A DNA stretch of 38,166 nucleotides from a bacterium (GTDB lineage: Bacteria; SZUA-182; DTGQ01; JAFGSM01), in contig JBLIRP010000029.1 of assembly GCA_049472355.1 (NCBI GenBank), positions 1 to 38,166 on the forward strand, written 5' to 3'. This document shows positions 27,871 to 37,911 of the stretch, piece after piece (positions within the stretch are counted from its first letter, which is position 1; the number at the start of each line of letters is the position of its first letter). The notes below the pieces were generated by a model. That model was not told the origin of the DNA. It was given only the letters and a program-made list of their open reading frames with translations, and did no database searches. The position numbers were made by a program, and so were the translations under genes.

Positions 27871-29031
27871 ATGAAGGTACTCATTATTGCGGGTGAAGCT
27901 TCGGGCGATCTCCATGGTGCCGGTCTGATCCATGAAATGAAGGGGCTTGATCCCCATACGGCATTCTTTGCGGTCGGCGGAGAGCGAATGGCGGCCGAGG
28001 GTGCAACGATCCTCTTTGACTGCCGGAAGCTCGCCGTGATGGGAATTGTGGAGGTACTCGGCCATGCCAATACCATCCTTGAATGCTTCCGTGTTGTAAG
28101 GGACTTTCTCAAGGTACAGCGGCCCGATGCAGTCATTCTCATCGACTATCCTGATTTCAATCTCAGGATCGCCCGCGCGGCAAAGCGAATGGGGATCAAG
28201 GTGATCTACTTTATAAGCCCTCAGATATGGGCCTGGCGCAGGGGAAGGGTGAGGTTTATTTCCCGGTGGGTCGATCGCATGCTGGTCATTTTCCCCTTTG
28301 AGGTTGCGTTTTACAAGGAGGCCGGGGTACATGTCCGGTTCGTGGGGCACCCGATTATGGATTCACTGCGCCCGCGGATAAGCCAGGAGTCTTTCAAGGT
28401 GAAATTCGGCCTCAGGGGGGATGAACGCCTGGTGGCCCTCATGCCCGGAAGCAGACATGGGGAGGTGAAACGAATCCTGCCCGTCATGCTCGAGGGATCA
28501 CGAGGATTGATGGAACGGCATCCCGGAAACTGGCGATTCGCCTTGATCGTAGCCCCGACCATTGATCGGGAATCCCTTGAGCCGTTGATACGGAAATATG
28601 CGGATGTCTTGCCGATCGTTGCGATCCAGGGATATACCTATGAGGCGCTCAGGTCCGCAGAGATTGCCTTTGTTGCCTCCGGCACCGCCACGCTGGAGGC
28701 CGCGGTGATCGGTGTTCCCATGGTGGTGCTCTATCGATTGAGCTGGCCGACCTATTGGATTGGACGGATGCTCGTACGGGTCCCTGCCATCGGGCTGGTC
28801 AATATCGTCGCAGGTGCAACGATTGTCCCCGAGCTCATTCAGGCAGACGCCACCGGGGAGCATCTTGCCGATACGGCCGTGGCCATCATGACCGACCATG
28901 ACAGAAGGCGATTGATGATTCAGGGGCTTGCCAGGGTCAGAAGGAATCTGGGAGAGCCCGGGGCCGCTGCCAGGGCTGCCCGCGAGGTGATTCATTTTCT
29001 GGGCGGGCGGGTGGAGGCCCTTGCGTCATGA
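27871..29031 (+). CDS. lpxB: Lipid-A-disaccharide synthase
   Basis: AGEASGDLHG, IDYPDFN, SPQIWAWR, IFPFE, FVGHP, PGSR..E, ASGTATLE, PELIQ. Confidence 0.98.
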   Translation: MKVLIIAGEASGDLHGAGLIHEMKGLDPHTAFFAVGGERMAAEGATILFDCRKLAVMGIVEVLGHANTILECFRVVRDFLKVQRPDAVILIDYPDFNLRIARAAKRMGIKVIYFISPQIWAWRRGRVRFISRWVDRMLVIFPFEVAFYKEAGVHVRFVGHPIMDSLRPRISQESFKVKFGLRGDERLVALMPGSRHGEVKRILPVMLEGSRGLMERHPGNWRFALIVAPTIDRESLEPLIRKYADVLPIVAIQGYTYEALRSAEIAFVASGTATLEAAVIGVPMVVLYRLSWPTYWIGRMLVRVPAIGLVNIVAGATIVPELIQADATGEHLADTAVAIMTDHDRRRLMIQGLARVRRNLGEPGAAARAAREVIHFLGGRVEALAS

Positions 29032-29113
29032 AGGGCTACCTGATACAAATAAAGACATGTTGTGCGACATGTTGTGGACGTGCTGGTGACGTTATCCACT
29101 ATAAGGCTTCATC

Positions 29114-29790
29114 ATGGTTCAGCATGGAATGAAAAAAAGTGGTCTTTCCGATTTCACCATGGCCGTAATCGGGCTATTCGGGTATCTCCTCATACGATTT
29201 CTCGCCCTTACCATCCGATTCGAATTCGTTCACCACGAGCGACTAAAGGATCTGCTCGCAGTAAAGGGACAGCGGGTGATCTACTGCTTCTGGCATGATC
29301 GTCTGTTCATGATGCCCTTTATTGCCGTCGGGGAGAAGGTGAGCGTTCTCGTCAGCCGACACAGGGATGGCGAGTACATCAGCAGGATCTTGTCCTGGTT
29401 CGGCTTTGTAACCGTGCGCGGCTCCAGCACGCACGGGGGAAGCCTCGCCCTGAGACGGATGATCAAGACGATGCGTGCCGGGTACCACGGCGCCATCACC
29501 CCGGACGGTCCCAAAGGCCCCCGGCACAGGGTCAAGGACGGAGCCCTCCTGCTCGCCGGCATGGCCGGTGCGCCCCTGGTGCCTGTTGCATTCAGCAGCT
29601 CAAAAAAAAAACGCTTTCCAGTTGGGATCGCTTCTTGATCCCCTTGCCCTTTTCCAGGGGGATATTTGTCGTCGGGCCTCCCCTCCGGGTCCCCGCACAC
29701 CTTTCCGGAGAAGACATGGACAGGTATCGTCAACGCCTCGCACAGCTCCTTGAGGACACGGTTGCAGAGGCGGATTCCCGGGTACAGTAG
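29114..29790 (+). CDS. DUF374 lysophospholipid-acyltransferase-like protein, split by a -1 frameshift at the A10 run 29602-29611
   Basis: Frame 0 has FWH, S.HRDGE, RGSS, TPDGPKGP and stops at 29638. The -1 frame supplies the family tail SWDRFLIPLPFSRG and stops at TAG 29788-90, adjacent to the waaA start. Confidence 0.88.
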
Positions 29791-31092
29791 GTGATGAGCA
29801 TCGTTGTGTACACGATTTACAGCGCCCTGCTTTTTCTGGCGCTCCTGCTGTACGCCCCTTTTTATGTGAGACGAACGGGGAGGGGAGGGAGGTATCGGCC
29901 CGATCTGCTGCAGAGGATCGGGATCACCCCTCCTGAATCGAAGGCCAAGAGGGGCACGCGCATCCTCCTCCATTCCGTCTCGGTCGGCGAGACCAGGGCG
30001 GTCATCCCCATCATCAAGGAATTGAAGAGGCAACGCCCGGAATGGGAGATCTATCTCACCACCACCACCGGCACCGGAAGGAATGCCGCGGAACAGATGG
30101 GGGCCCCCCTTGACCGGATACTCTATTTTCCCCTCGACTTCGGTATCGTATGCGCCTCGTTCCTGAGACGCACCAGCCCCGACTGCATCTGTCTCACCGA
30201 GACCGAGCTGTGGCCGAATTTCGTACGCACCGCCTCCCGCTTCAACATCCCCCTGATCCTCATCAACGGGAGGATCTCGGACCGCTCCTTTACCCGGTAC
30301 CGGTTTTTCAGGCCGCTTATCCGCCCCCTGCTCACAAAATTTCGCACCCTGTGCATGCAGTCCCCGCTCGATGCCCAACGGATCCTTTCCCTGGGCGCTG
30401 ATCCGGAAAAGGTAAAGGTCACCGGGAATATCAAATTCGACCTGGGTCACCTTGCCATGGACGAGCAGGCGACCAGATCCCTCCGGTCGCGCCTTGGCCT
30501 CAGGGTTGACCAGCAGGTCCTGGTGGCGGGGAGCACCCATCCGGGAGAGGAAGGCCCCATCGTGGATGCATTTACACGGCTTCGCTCATCGTATCCGGGG
30601 CTGGTCCTCATCCTCGTTCCCCGGCATGTGGAGAGGGCCGAAGGGATCGCACAGATGCTGCGGGAGGGCGGGATTCCCCATTATCGCTGGAGCACATTCC
30701 CGGAGAATGCGAAGATAGGGGAAGGGGATGTGCTCATTGTGGATGTCATCGGCGTGCTGGCGCGGATTTACAGCCTGGCCACCATGGTGATTATCGGAGG
30801 GAGCTTCATCCCCCACGGGGGGCAGAATCCGCTGGAGCCGGCCTTCTTCGGAAAGCCGGTCATATTTGGCCCGCACATGGAGAATTTCAGGTCCGTCAGT
30901 GCGCTGCTCACGGAGGGCCAGGCAGCCCGGATGATCCGGGAGGAGGAGTTGTTCACTACCCTCTCCGATCTTCTTGCCGATCCGCAGCTCAGGCAGGTGA
31001 TGGGGCAGGCCGCACGGATGGTGGTGGATGCGAACCGGGGATCGGCTCTCCGGACCTGCGAGGAAATCATGGGCATAATCGAGGGGACTTGA
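29791..31092 (+). CDS. waaA: 3-deoxy-D-manno-octulosonic acid (Kdo) transferase
   Basis: HSVSVGE, TTTGTG, YFPLD, ETELWPN, NGRIS, GNIKFD, GSTHPGEE, VPRH.ER, GGQNPLEP. Confidence 0.97.
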   Translation: MMSIVVYTIYSALLFLALLLYAPFYVRRTGRGGRYRPDLLQRIGITPPESKAKRGTRILLHSVSVGETRAVIPIIKELKRQRPEWEIYLTTTTGTGRNAAEQMGAPLDRILYFPLDFGIVCASFLRRTSPDCICLTETELWPNFVRTASRFNIPLILINGRISDRSFTRYRFFRPLIRPLLTKFRTLCMQSPLDAQRILSLGADPEKVKVTGNIKFDLGHLAMDEQATRSLRSRLGLRVDQQVLVAGSTHPGEEGPIVDAFTRLRSSYPGLVLILVPRHVERAEGIAQMLREGGIPHYRWSTFPENAKIGEGDVLIVDVIGVLARIYSLATMVIIGGSFIPHGGQNPLEPAFFGKPVIFGPHMENFRSVSALLTEGQAARMIREEELFTTLSDLLADPQLRQVMGQAARMVVDANRGSALRTCEEIMGIIEGT

Positions 31093-32030
31093 TGCCCGTT
31101 CTCAGGGATTTATCACTCACGGCACGATACTGCGCGGAATACGGGGGATACCTCCTTCTCAGGACCATTCTCCGCATGCTTCCCTTCAGCCTGATGATGA
31201 AAAATGGGGATCGAATAGGCACCTGGGTATTCCGGGTTATCGGGATCAAGCAGCATGTGGCACGGGCCAATCTGCGGTATGCATTCGGGTATCAGTATCA
31301 GGATGAACCCATGGAGGTCCTCAGCCGTAGGGTGAACGGGCACCTCTTCAAAACGGTTGTAGAGCTTGCAAATATGGACAGGATCCTGGCCCGTCCCGAC
31401 ACCGCGTTCAGGTTTCCCCGCATCGAGATCCTCAGGGATGCCCTTCGGGAGAAGAGGGGCGTTCTCCTTGCCACCGGCCACTTCGGCAACTTCGAGCTGG
31501 GGGCCCTTGCCCTGGCCCAGCAGGGCATCCCCATAAGCCTTGTGGTTAAAAAGGTGCGGAACCCCTACATCGACCGGGAGCTGACCAGTGTGCGCAGGCG
31601 TTTCGGCGCAGAGATCAATGCGGTGGAGGATGCAGGCAGGCTCATCCTGAGCGCGCTCAAGAGAAACCGGGTGGTGTGCATGTTGAGCGATCAGGACTTC
31701 GGTCTGATCAGGGGTATCCTGGTGGAGTTTTTCGGGCATCCCACCTCTACCCCCACCGGGACCGCCCGATTTGCAGTGCAAACCCGCGCCCCCATCATCC
31801 CCGTGCACGTATATCGGGACGATTCGGGAATGCAGGTCATCGAGGCGGAGCCACCCCTCGATGTGAACTATGCACGGGAGGCCAGGGAAACGGAGATACC
31901 CAGGATCACCCAGGAGGTCACTTCGATATTGGAGCGCTGGATCCGTGAGCATCCCGAACAGTACTTCTGGCTGCATCGCAGGTGGAAGAGCACCCCGGAC
32001 GGACAATGGCTCTACCGGAAGCGGGCATGA
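31092..32030 (+). CDS. Lipid A late acyltransferase (LpxL/HtrB family)
   Basis: GHFGNFE, DQD, VEFFG, IREHPEQYFWLHRRWK. Confidence 0.92.
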   Translation: MPVLRDLSLTARYCAEYGGYLLLRTILRMLPFSLMMKNGDRIGTWVFRVIGIKQHVARANLRYAFGYQYQDEPMEVLSRRVNGHLFKTVVELANMDRILARPDTAFRFPRIEILRDALREKRGVLLATGHFGNFELGALALAQQGIPISLVVKKVRNPYIDRELTSVRRRFGAEINAVEDAGRLILSALKRNRVVCMLSDQDFGLIRGILVEFFGHPTSTPTGTARFAVQTRAPIIPVHVYRDDSGMQVIEAEPPLDVNYAREARETEIPRITQEVTSILERWIREHPEQYFWLHRRWKSTPDGQWLYRKRA

Positions 32031-33130
32031 AAACGGGCATGAAAACGGATCGGCCCCGGAATATCCTCGTGCTTCGCTATCGATTCATCGGGGATACCAT
32101 CCTCACCGTGCCCTTTCTGAGGAACCTGAGGAGGGCGGAGCCCGAGGCGGTCATCGATCTCGTGCTCGCACCCCTGTCCGGGGACGTCCTGCAGGGGATC
32201 CCCTACGTGGACCGCATCCTGCACTGGGACCCCCAGACCATCCACGGGGATTGCCTGGGCGCCCACCGGAGCCTGGGGGCGAAATGGGGATTCGTCCGGC
32301 AGCTCCGCAGGAATCGTTATGACAAGGTGTACGTGCTGAAGCGGAGCTTTTCCTCGGCCCTCATGGGATACCTTTCCGGCGCCCCGGAGAGGATAGGCTT
32401 TGACACGGAGGGGAGGGGAATCCTCCTCACCGCCAGGGTGCCCTATGACCACACCCTGCATGAGGTGCAGAATTTCGTGAATTGCCTGCGGCATGACGGC
32501 ATCGAGGTTACGGACGATTACCTGGAGACCTGGATAACTGAGGAGGAGCGGGAAGGGGCATCACGGTTTCTCACGAATCTGGGGTGGAGCCCGGGGAAGC
32601 CTGTCATTGCCATCCATCCCTTCTCCGCGGTGCGGGAGCGGAGCTGGCCCCTGGATCGCTTTATCGAGCTGGCAAACCGGGTGTGGGAGGAATGGCAGTG
32701 GCCGGTGCTGTGGCTGGGAGGTAAAGGCGACCTGGGGCATGCGGAGGAGATCATGCATGGCTACAAAGGCGGCAGTCTCATGGCAATAGGCGGCACCGAT
32801 ATCAGGCAGAGCATGGCTATCCTTTCCCTGGCACGGCTTTTTGTGGGTAACGACAGCGGCATCATGCACCTTGCCGCCGCACTCCATATCCCCCTGGTTG
32901 CACTCTTCGGCCCCCAGTCGGTAGAGAAATTCGGCCCCTGGGGGGACCCTGAGAGATGCAGGGTGATCTCCAAACGCTTCCCCTGTCATCCATGCAGGCA
33001 GCGATTCTTTACCGAGTGCAGCCCCGGGCCCGAGGGAAGACCCCCGTGCATGGAATCAATTCAAACCGAAGAGGTGTTCGAGGAGATCCACCGGCTCCTG
33101 CGTCCGGACAAAGAACCGGCTCCTGTGTGA
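32027..33130 (+). CDS. waaF: GT9 LPS heptosyltransferase II-like
   Basis: RFIGDTIL, ERIGF, W...F..LA, VGNDSG.MHLAAAL..P.VALFGP, C.PC..C..CM. Confidence 0.8.
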   Translation: MKTGMKTDRPRNILVLRYRFIGDTILTVPFLRNLRRAEPEAVIDLVLAPLSGDVLQGIPYVDRILHWDPQTIHGDCLGAHRSLGAKWGFVRQLRRNRYDKVYVLKRSFSSALMGYLSGAPERIGFDTEGRGILLTARVPYDHTLHEVQNFVNCLRHDGIEVTDDYLETWITEEEREGASRFLTNLGWSPGKPVIAIHPFSAVRERSWPLDRFIELANRVWEEWQWPVLWLGGKGDLGHAEEIMHGYKGGSLMAIGGTDIRQSMAILSLARLFVGNDSGIMHLAAALHIPLVALFGPQSVEKFGPWGDPERCRVISKRFPCHPCRQRFFTECSPGPEGRPPCMESIQTEEVFEEIHRLLRPDKEPAPV

Positions 33131-33303
33131 TCTCTATGTCCTGTGGTTAAATAATAATCACAATGTATGTCGAGAATGGCACACAGATAGTGAACATGCG
33201 GAATCATTATAAAATTACCACAAAGCACAGAGGACGCAGAGGGATAAATGCTTAACTTAATGACATTGATGTAAAAGGGATAGCAGGCGATAGGGATGCA
33301 CGC

Positions 33304-34398
33304 ATGGACATACTGATCGTGAAACTGAGTTCTCTCGGGGACGTGATCCATTGCCTCCCCTGCCTCGAAGCCCTGAGGGAAGGCTTCCCCGGGGCGCGGA
33401 TAGACTGGGTGGTTGAGGAGCAGAATGCCGGCATCCTGGAGGGACACCCCCATATCGACCGCCTCATCATCCTCTCCAGAAAGTCGTGGATAAAGGCCCC
33501 CTGGCGTATACGGAAGGTGTCTTCAGAAATCAAGGGATTTCTTGGAACGCTGAGGCAGAGGGAGTACGACATGGTGATCGATTTCCAGGGGCTTTTTAGG
33601 AGCGGCCTCATCGTGGGGATGAGCAGGGGAAAACGAAAGATCGGCTTCGACCGGGTGCGGGAGAAGGCAAGCCTTTTCTATAATGAGAAGGTTACGCTCT
33701 CCACCCTGGACCAGCACGCGGTGACGCGGTATCTTGAGATCCCCCGGTACCTCGGGGTGCATGTCGATGAACCACGTTTTTTCCTGCCGTCGAGTGAAAA
33801 GGATGAGGATACTGTTAATAGATTACTTGAAGATATTAAAATAAATACTAATGAAAACAATAAAATAATATTTATAAATCCCAACGCCCGCTGGTCCTCG
33901 AAGATATGGCCGTGGGAACACTTCAGGGAACTTGTCCGCATATTATCGGATAACGGATATCTTGTCCTTCTCATAGGCGGTCCAGGTGACAAAGACTCAA
34001 TGGAGCAAGCCTTTCAAGGACTTTGTGACAAGGTGTACAATCTTGCCGGAAAGACCAGCCTCAAATCCCTCGCTGCCCTCTTCCGGAGGGGATGCTGTCT
34101 CGTCACCAATGACTCAGGGCCGATGCACCTCGCCGTTGCCGTGGGACTTCCTGTCATAGCCCTATTCGGCCCATCGCATCCCCTGCGCACCGGCCCCTTC
34201 GGGTGGGAGGAGGGAAAGCGGAGCAGGGTCCTGACCGGAAATGCCCCCTGCGCCCCGTGCTACCGGAGGAATTGCAGTGATCAGGATTGCCTCAAAGGCA
34301 TATCCGTCCATCAGGTCGTTCAGGCACTGGAGGATCTCCTCGATTCGCGCATCGACGAAAAAAGAGGCGGGGAAAAAGACTGTCGGGTATACACATGA
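33304..34398 (+). CDS. waaC: GT9 LPS heptosyltransferase I-like
   Basis: ILIVKLSSLGDVIH, IDWVVEE, YD.VIDFQGL.RS, TNDSGPMHLA, LFGP. Confidence 0.8.
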   Translation: MDILIVKLSSLGDVIHCLPCLEALREGFPGARIDWVVEEQNAGILEGHPHIDRLIILSRKSWIKAPWRIRKVSSEIKGFLGTLRQREYDMVIDFQGLFRSGLIVGMSRGKRKIGFDRVREKASLFYNEKVTLSTLDQHAVTRYLEIPRYLGVHVDEPRFFLPSSEKDEDTVNRLLEDIKINTNENNKIIFINPNARWSSKIWPWEHFRELVRILSDNGYLVLLIGGPGDKDSMEQAFQGLCDKVYNLAGKTSLKSLAALFRRGCCLVTNDSGPMHLAVAVGLPVIALFGPSHPLRTGPFGWEEGKRSRVLTGNAPCAPCYRRNCSDQDCLKGISVHQVVQALEDLLDSRIDEKRGGEKDCRVYT

Positions 34399-35504
34399 AG
34401 GACATCCATCCGATGAATGAGATCATCATCCTTTCCATGGCCAAGGGGTGGGGCGGGGCTGAGGAGTACCTCGATATTCTCATGAGCCGGCTCATCGCGA
34501 GGAATATTCCCCATCGCATCGTGGTCAGGGAGGGAGGGGAGTTTGTAAAACGCAACGTCAAAAGGGCCGGGATGGTATCCATCTCCCATGGATTGAAAGG
34601 GTTTTTCCAGCTCCGCCAAGCCTTTTCGGGATTCGCGAATCCCTTGATCATCCACGTGAATAGGTACTATGACCTCATTCGTGGCTGGTATCTCAAGAGG
34701 CCGCATCCCCATTCCCTCCTGATTCTCTATCAACACTGCTACCTGAACCACCCCCATCGTATTCCGCTCTCCCTTGCGGACGGGATCATATGCATTTCGG
34801 AATTCGTGAAATCCTCCATAGCCAAAAAATTCCCCGCAATGGAAAAAAGGATCCGGGTGATCAATCCGGGCATTGATCTTGATCTTTTTCGGAAAACCAA
34901 GGCGGATTATCGGATCGATGGGCCGGTGAAGATAGGCATGGTGGGGAGGTTCGACAAGAACCAGCAAGACCTCATCCTGGCTGCGGTAGGACTCAAAAAG
35001 AAGGGCATCCCCATCCTCATCCATCTGGCAGGGAGCGGGAAACCTGAGGAAGAGGCGCGGCTGCACGATTTCATTGCAGCCTGCGGGATGCGAGAGGATG
35101 TCCTCTTCAAGGGGCATATCCCTCACCGATCCATGCCCCATTTTTACCTCTCGATGGATATCGTGGCAAGCACCATGAAAAGGGAGGGGCTTTCTTTGGC
35201 CGCCATGGAGGCCATGGCATGCGGGCTTCCCTTCGTTGCGTATGATGCACCGGGTTTCAATGAGGTGATTAACCATACAGAAAATGGTATATTGGTGGAT
35301 AACGACATCGAGGATTTCGCGTCCGTGCTTCAACACCTCATAGAATCGATGGATACGAGAAAAAGACTCGGTAGGAATGCCGCAAAAAAGGCAAGAGAGT
35401 ATTTCGGGATTGACGTCAATATTGAAAGCTATCTGAATTTTTTGGAAGATCTATCAATAAGAAGGGATGTATCATCCCCTTCATCGATACAAAATGTTCC
35501 ATGA
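34395..35504 (+). CDS. GT4 family glycosyltransferase
   Basis: GGAE, IC.SE.V, I.PGID, GMVGRF.K, EG....MEAMACGLP, NG.LV. Start 34395 overlaps the previous stop (ATGA). Confidence 0.9.
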   Translation: MKDIHPMNEIIILSMAKGWGGAEEYLDILMSRLIARNIPHRIVVREGGEFVKRNVKRAGMVSISHGLKGFFQLRQAFSGFANPLIIHVNRYYDLIRGWYLKRPHPHSLLILYQHCYLNHPHRIPLSLADGIICISEFVKSSIAKKFPAMEKRIRVINPGIDLDLFRKTKADYRIDGPVKIGMVGRFDKNQQDLILAAVGLKKKGIPILIHLAGSGKPEEEARLHDFIAACGMREDVLFKGHIPHRSMPHFYLSMDIVASTMKREGLSLAAMEAMACGLPFVAYDAPGFNEVINHTENGILVDNDIEDFASVLQHLIESMDTRKRLGRNAAKKAREYFGIDVNIESYLNFLEDLSIRRDVSSPSSIQNVP

Positions 35505-35535
35505 GCAGACATTTTCATTTTAATTGGGGATTATC

Positions 35536-36726
35536 ATGAAATCATCGATGAGAACGGACATAATCGCGAAAAGGGCACAAGATCTGGTAAGGGATTTCAG
35601 ACTCCCCAATCCGATCTATGTCACAAAACCAAGGATGCCCCGGCTGGAGGATTTCAACCAGTATCTGCAGGATATCTGGGATTCATGCTGGTTGACCAAT
35701 GACGGGCCCTTTCATAAAAAATTTGAGCAACGTTTGAAGGAATATTTGGGGGTCAGTCATCTGAACCTGTTTACCAACGGAACGATTGCATTACTCGTGG
35801 CCTTGCAGGCCCTCCGGATCAATTCGGGTGAGGTCATTACCACGCCATTCAGTTTTCCTGCCACTGCCCATGTTTTATACTGGAACAGGATCCGTCCCGT
35901 TTTCTGCGATATTGATGAGAAGACATTCAATATAGATCCCTCACGGATCGAGCAACTCATCAGCCCTGATACCAAGGCGATTCTTGCGGTTCATGTATAC
36001 GGGATACCGTGTGATGTCGAAAGGTTACAGGCTATCGCCGACAGGCATGGACTTTTTATCATCTATGACGCCGCTCATGCATTTGGAGTTCGCATAGGTG
36101 ACAAATCGATCCTGGAGTACGGAGATGTATCTGCACTCAGCTTTCATGCCACAAAGGTTTTTACGTCCATCGAGGGGGGAGCACTCGTAAGTAAAACATC
36201 TCAAATGAGGGAGCGTATCCAATTCCTCCGCAATTTTGGCATCGCCGATGAAACCACGGTCATTGGTCCGGGTATTAATGGAAAAATGAGTGAAATACAG
36301 GCAGTTTTTGGTCTCATGCAATTGGATCTCGTTGACCAAGAGATCGAAGACAGACATCTTCTGACCGACATCTATCGAAAAGAATTACAAGGAATACCGG
36401 GTATCAGGTTTGTAGAAGAGTCTGTGGGGGTGAAATCCAACTACAGCTATTTCCCCATATTGGTTGACAAGGATCTTTATGGAATAGATCGGAATGAGCT
36501 TTGTGAACTCTTAAGAGAGTGTAATATCTTCCCAAGGAAATACTTTTTCCCCCTCTGTAGTGAGTATCCCTGTTATTCATCACTTCCTTCAAGCAGGCCG
36601 CAAAATCTCCCCATTGCCAATAAAGTGGCAAATCAGGTGCTATGTTTACCGCTCTACGGCAAACTGGATAGAAATGCGGTGAAAACCACCTGCGTCATAA
36701 TCAATAAAGCTCATTATGAAAGATGA
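35536..36726 (+). CDS. DegT-family aminotransferase, VioA-like (dTDP-4-amino-4,6-dideoxyhexose)
   Basis: IYVTKP, WLTN.GP, NGTIAL..AL, VHVYG.PCDV, IYDAAHAFG, SFHATKVF..EGG, GINGKM.E, RKYF.P. Confidence 0.88.
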   Translation: MKSSMRTDIIAKRAQDLVRDFRLPNPIYVTKPRMPRLEDFNQYLQDIWDSCWLTNDGPFHKKFEQRLKEYLGVSHLNLFTNGTIALLVALQALRINSGEVITTPFSFPATAHVLYWNRIRPVFCDIDEKTFNIDPSRIEQLISPDTKAILAVHVYGIPCDVERLQAIADRHGLFIIYDAAHAFGVRIGDKSILEYGDVSALSFHATKVFTSIEGGALVSKTSQMRERIQFLRNFGIADETTVIGPGINGKMSEIQAVFGLMQLDLVDQEIEDRHLLTDIYRKELQGIPGIRFVEESVGVKSNYSYFPILVDKDLYGIDRNELCELLRECNIFPRKYFFPLCSEYPCYSSLPSSRPQNLPIANKVANQVLCLPLYGKLDRNAVKTTCVIINKAHYER

Positions 36727-37094
36727 TCCTATTAAATATGATGTTAATATTAAAATTACTTCATATATAAGTAATAAAATGACTATTTTATTAAGATGAT
36801 ATAATGGAGATAGGTTGTCAAAAATATAATGGATTTATAGCAATATCAAAAATATGAAGCTATTTCTTCTTTTGAAATTCTTATCTAATAATAAGATAAC
36901 GTAATTTCAGGATTTGCTTCCAATGGACTGTATCCAGTTATTTTTACATATTGTAGTATCTGGCAAAATATTTTTTTTGAAAAAGGCCAAAGGTTAATTG
37001 CAATTTGACTTGCCGAGAATGATTTTAGCTATAACCTATTGATTATAAATCATTCGTATTGATTTTAACCATTTAAACAACAGCGATATCAGGC

Positions 37095-37118
37095 TGATGT
37101 CATGATGTCATGATGTCA
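37095..37118. repeat. Octamer tandem repeat (TGATGTCA)x3
   Basis: Three exact copies in the AT-rich spacer. Confidence 0.85.
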
Positions 37119-37400
37119 AGAAATAGTTGATTTTTTCAAATGGTTTGAATTATACTTTCAAATCGAACATCATGGTCCCAAGCGTTGCCATTCTTAGCCA
37201 ACAAGATGATGTCGGGTCCTTTTTGAGTTATACAATGATGTAAGCGGCAATGCTTGGCATGTATACGATCTTATTGTTACATCTGTTTCCTGCTTCACGG
37301 TGAACGAGGCGTATAATTTTTATCTGTCTTTTGTAAAATACAATAAAGGTTTTTCGAGTTACCACTCCCCTAATAAATAAGTGGTTTAAAGAGTGACGTT

Positions 37401-37637
37401 ATGGAAAGATTCCTCAAGCTGATGGAAGAGATTTTTGAAAAAGAGCAGGGATCTATTGCCCCTACAGATCGTTTTAGGGACTATGAAACATGGGATTCTT
37501 TGCAGGCCTTGAGTGTCGTAGCCATGATCAATCAGGAATATGATGTTACAATTTCTCGAGAAAATTTTGTAAATTGTTTGACCGTGGAGGATCTCTTCCA
37601 TGCGGTCGTGCAGAGGTGCGCAGATGGAGAAAGATGA
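37401..37637 (+). CDS. Acyl carrier protein
   Basis: 78 aa, acidic, WDSL phosphopantetheine site, TVEDL. Confidence 0.9.
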   Translation: MERFLKLMEEIFEKEQGSIAPTDRFRDYETWDSLQALSVVAMINQEYDVTISRENFVNCLTVEDLFHAVVQRCADGER

Positions 37638-37911
37638 GATCATAAAACTCGTCATGGAAGTGATAAAGGATTATCTTACTACCCAGGATATCGTTTGCGA
37701 AGTGAATAAACAGACGAGTTTAATAGGTGATAATGCAATCGTAGACTCAATCGGTCTCGTCACTATCATTATAGATATAGAATCAAGGCTATTGGATAAA
37801 GGGTGTGAAGTCTCTTTGACATCAGAAAAGGCGATGTCAAAAAAGATAAGCCCTTTTAGAACGGTAAATTCATTGTCAAGCTATATAATTGATTCACTCA
37901 ATGAAAAATAA
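37624..37911 (+). CDS. Second acyl carrier protein-like protein
   Basis: LIGDNAIVDSIGLV motif and SPFRTV..L; ATG 37624 overlaps the end of ACP1. Confidence 0.8.
   Translation: MEKDEIIKLVMEVIKDYLTTQDIVCEVNKQTSLIGDNAIVDSIGLVTIIIDIESRLLDKGCEVSLTSEKAMSKKISPFRTVNSLSSYIIDSLNEK

Noticed and set aside
29114..29638. DUF374 as a decayed pseudogene
   Set aside because: There is a single lesion at a homopolymer and the downstream frame is intact up to waaA; recoding, phase variation or assembly error fit better.
36727..37400. Hidden gene or RNA in the AT-rich gap
   Set aside because: No credible ORF, tRNA or recognisable RNA motif was found by eye.
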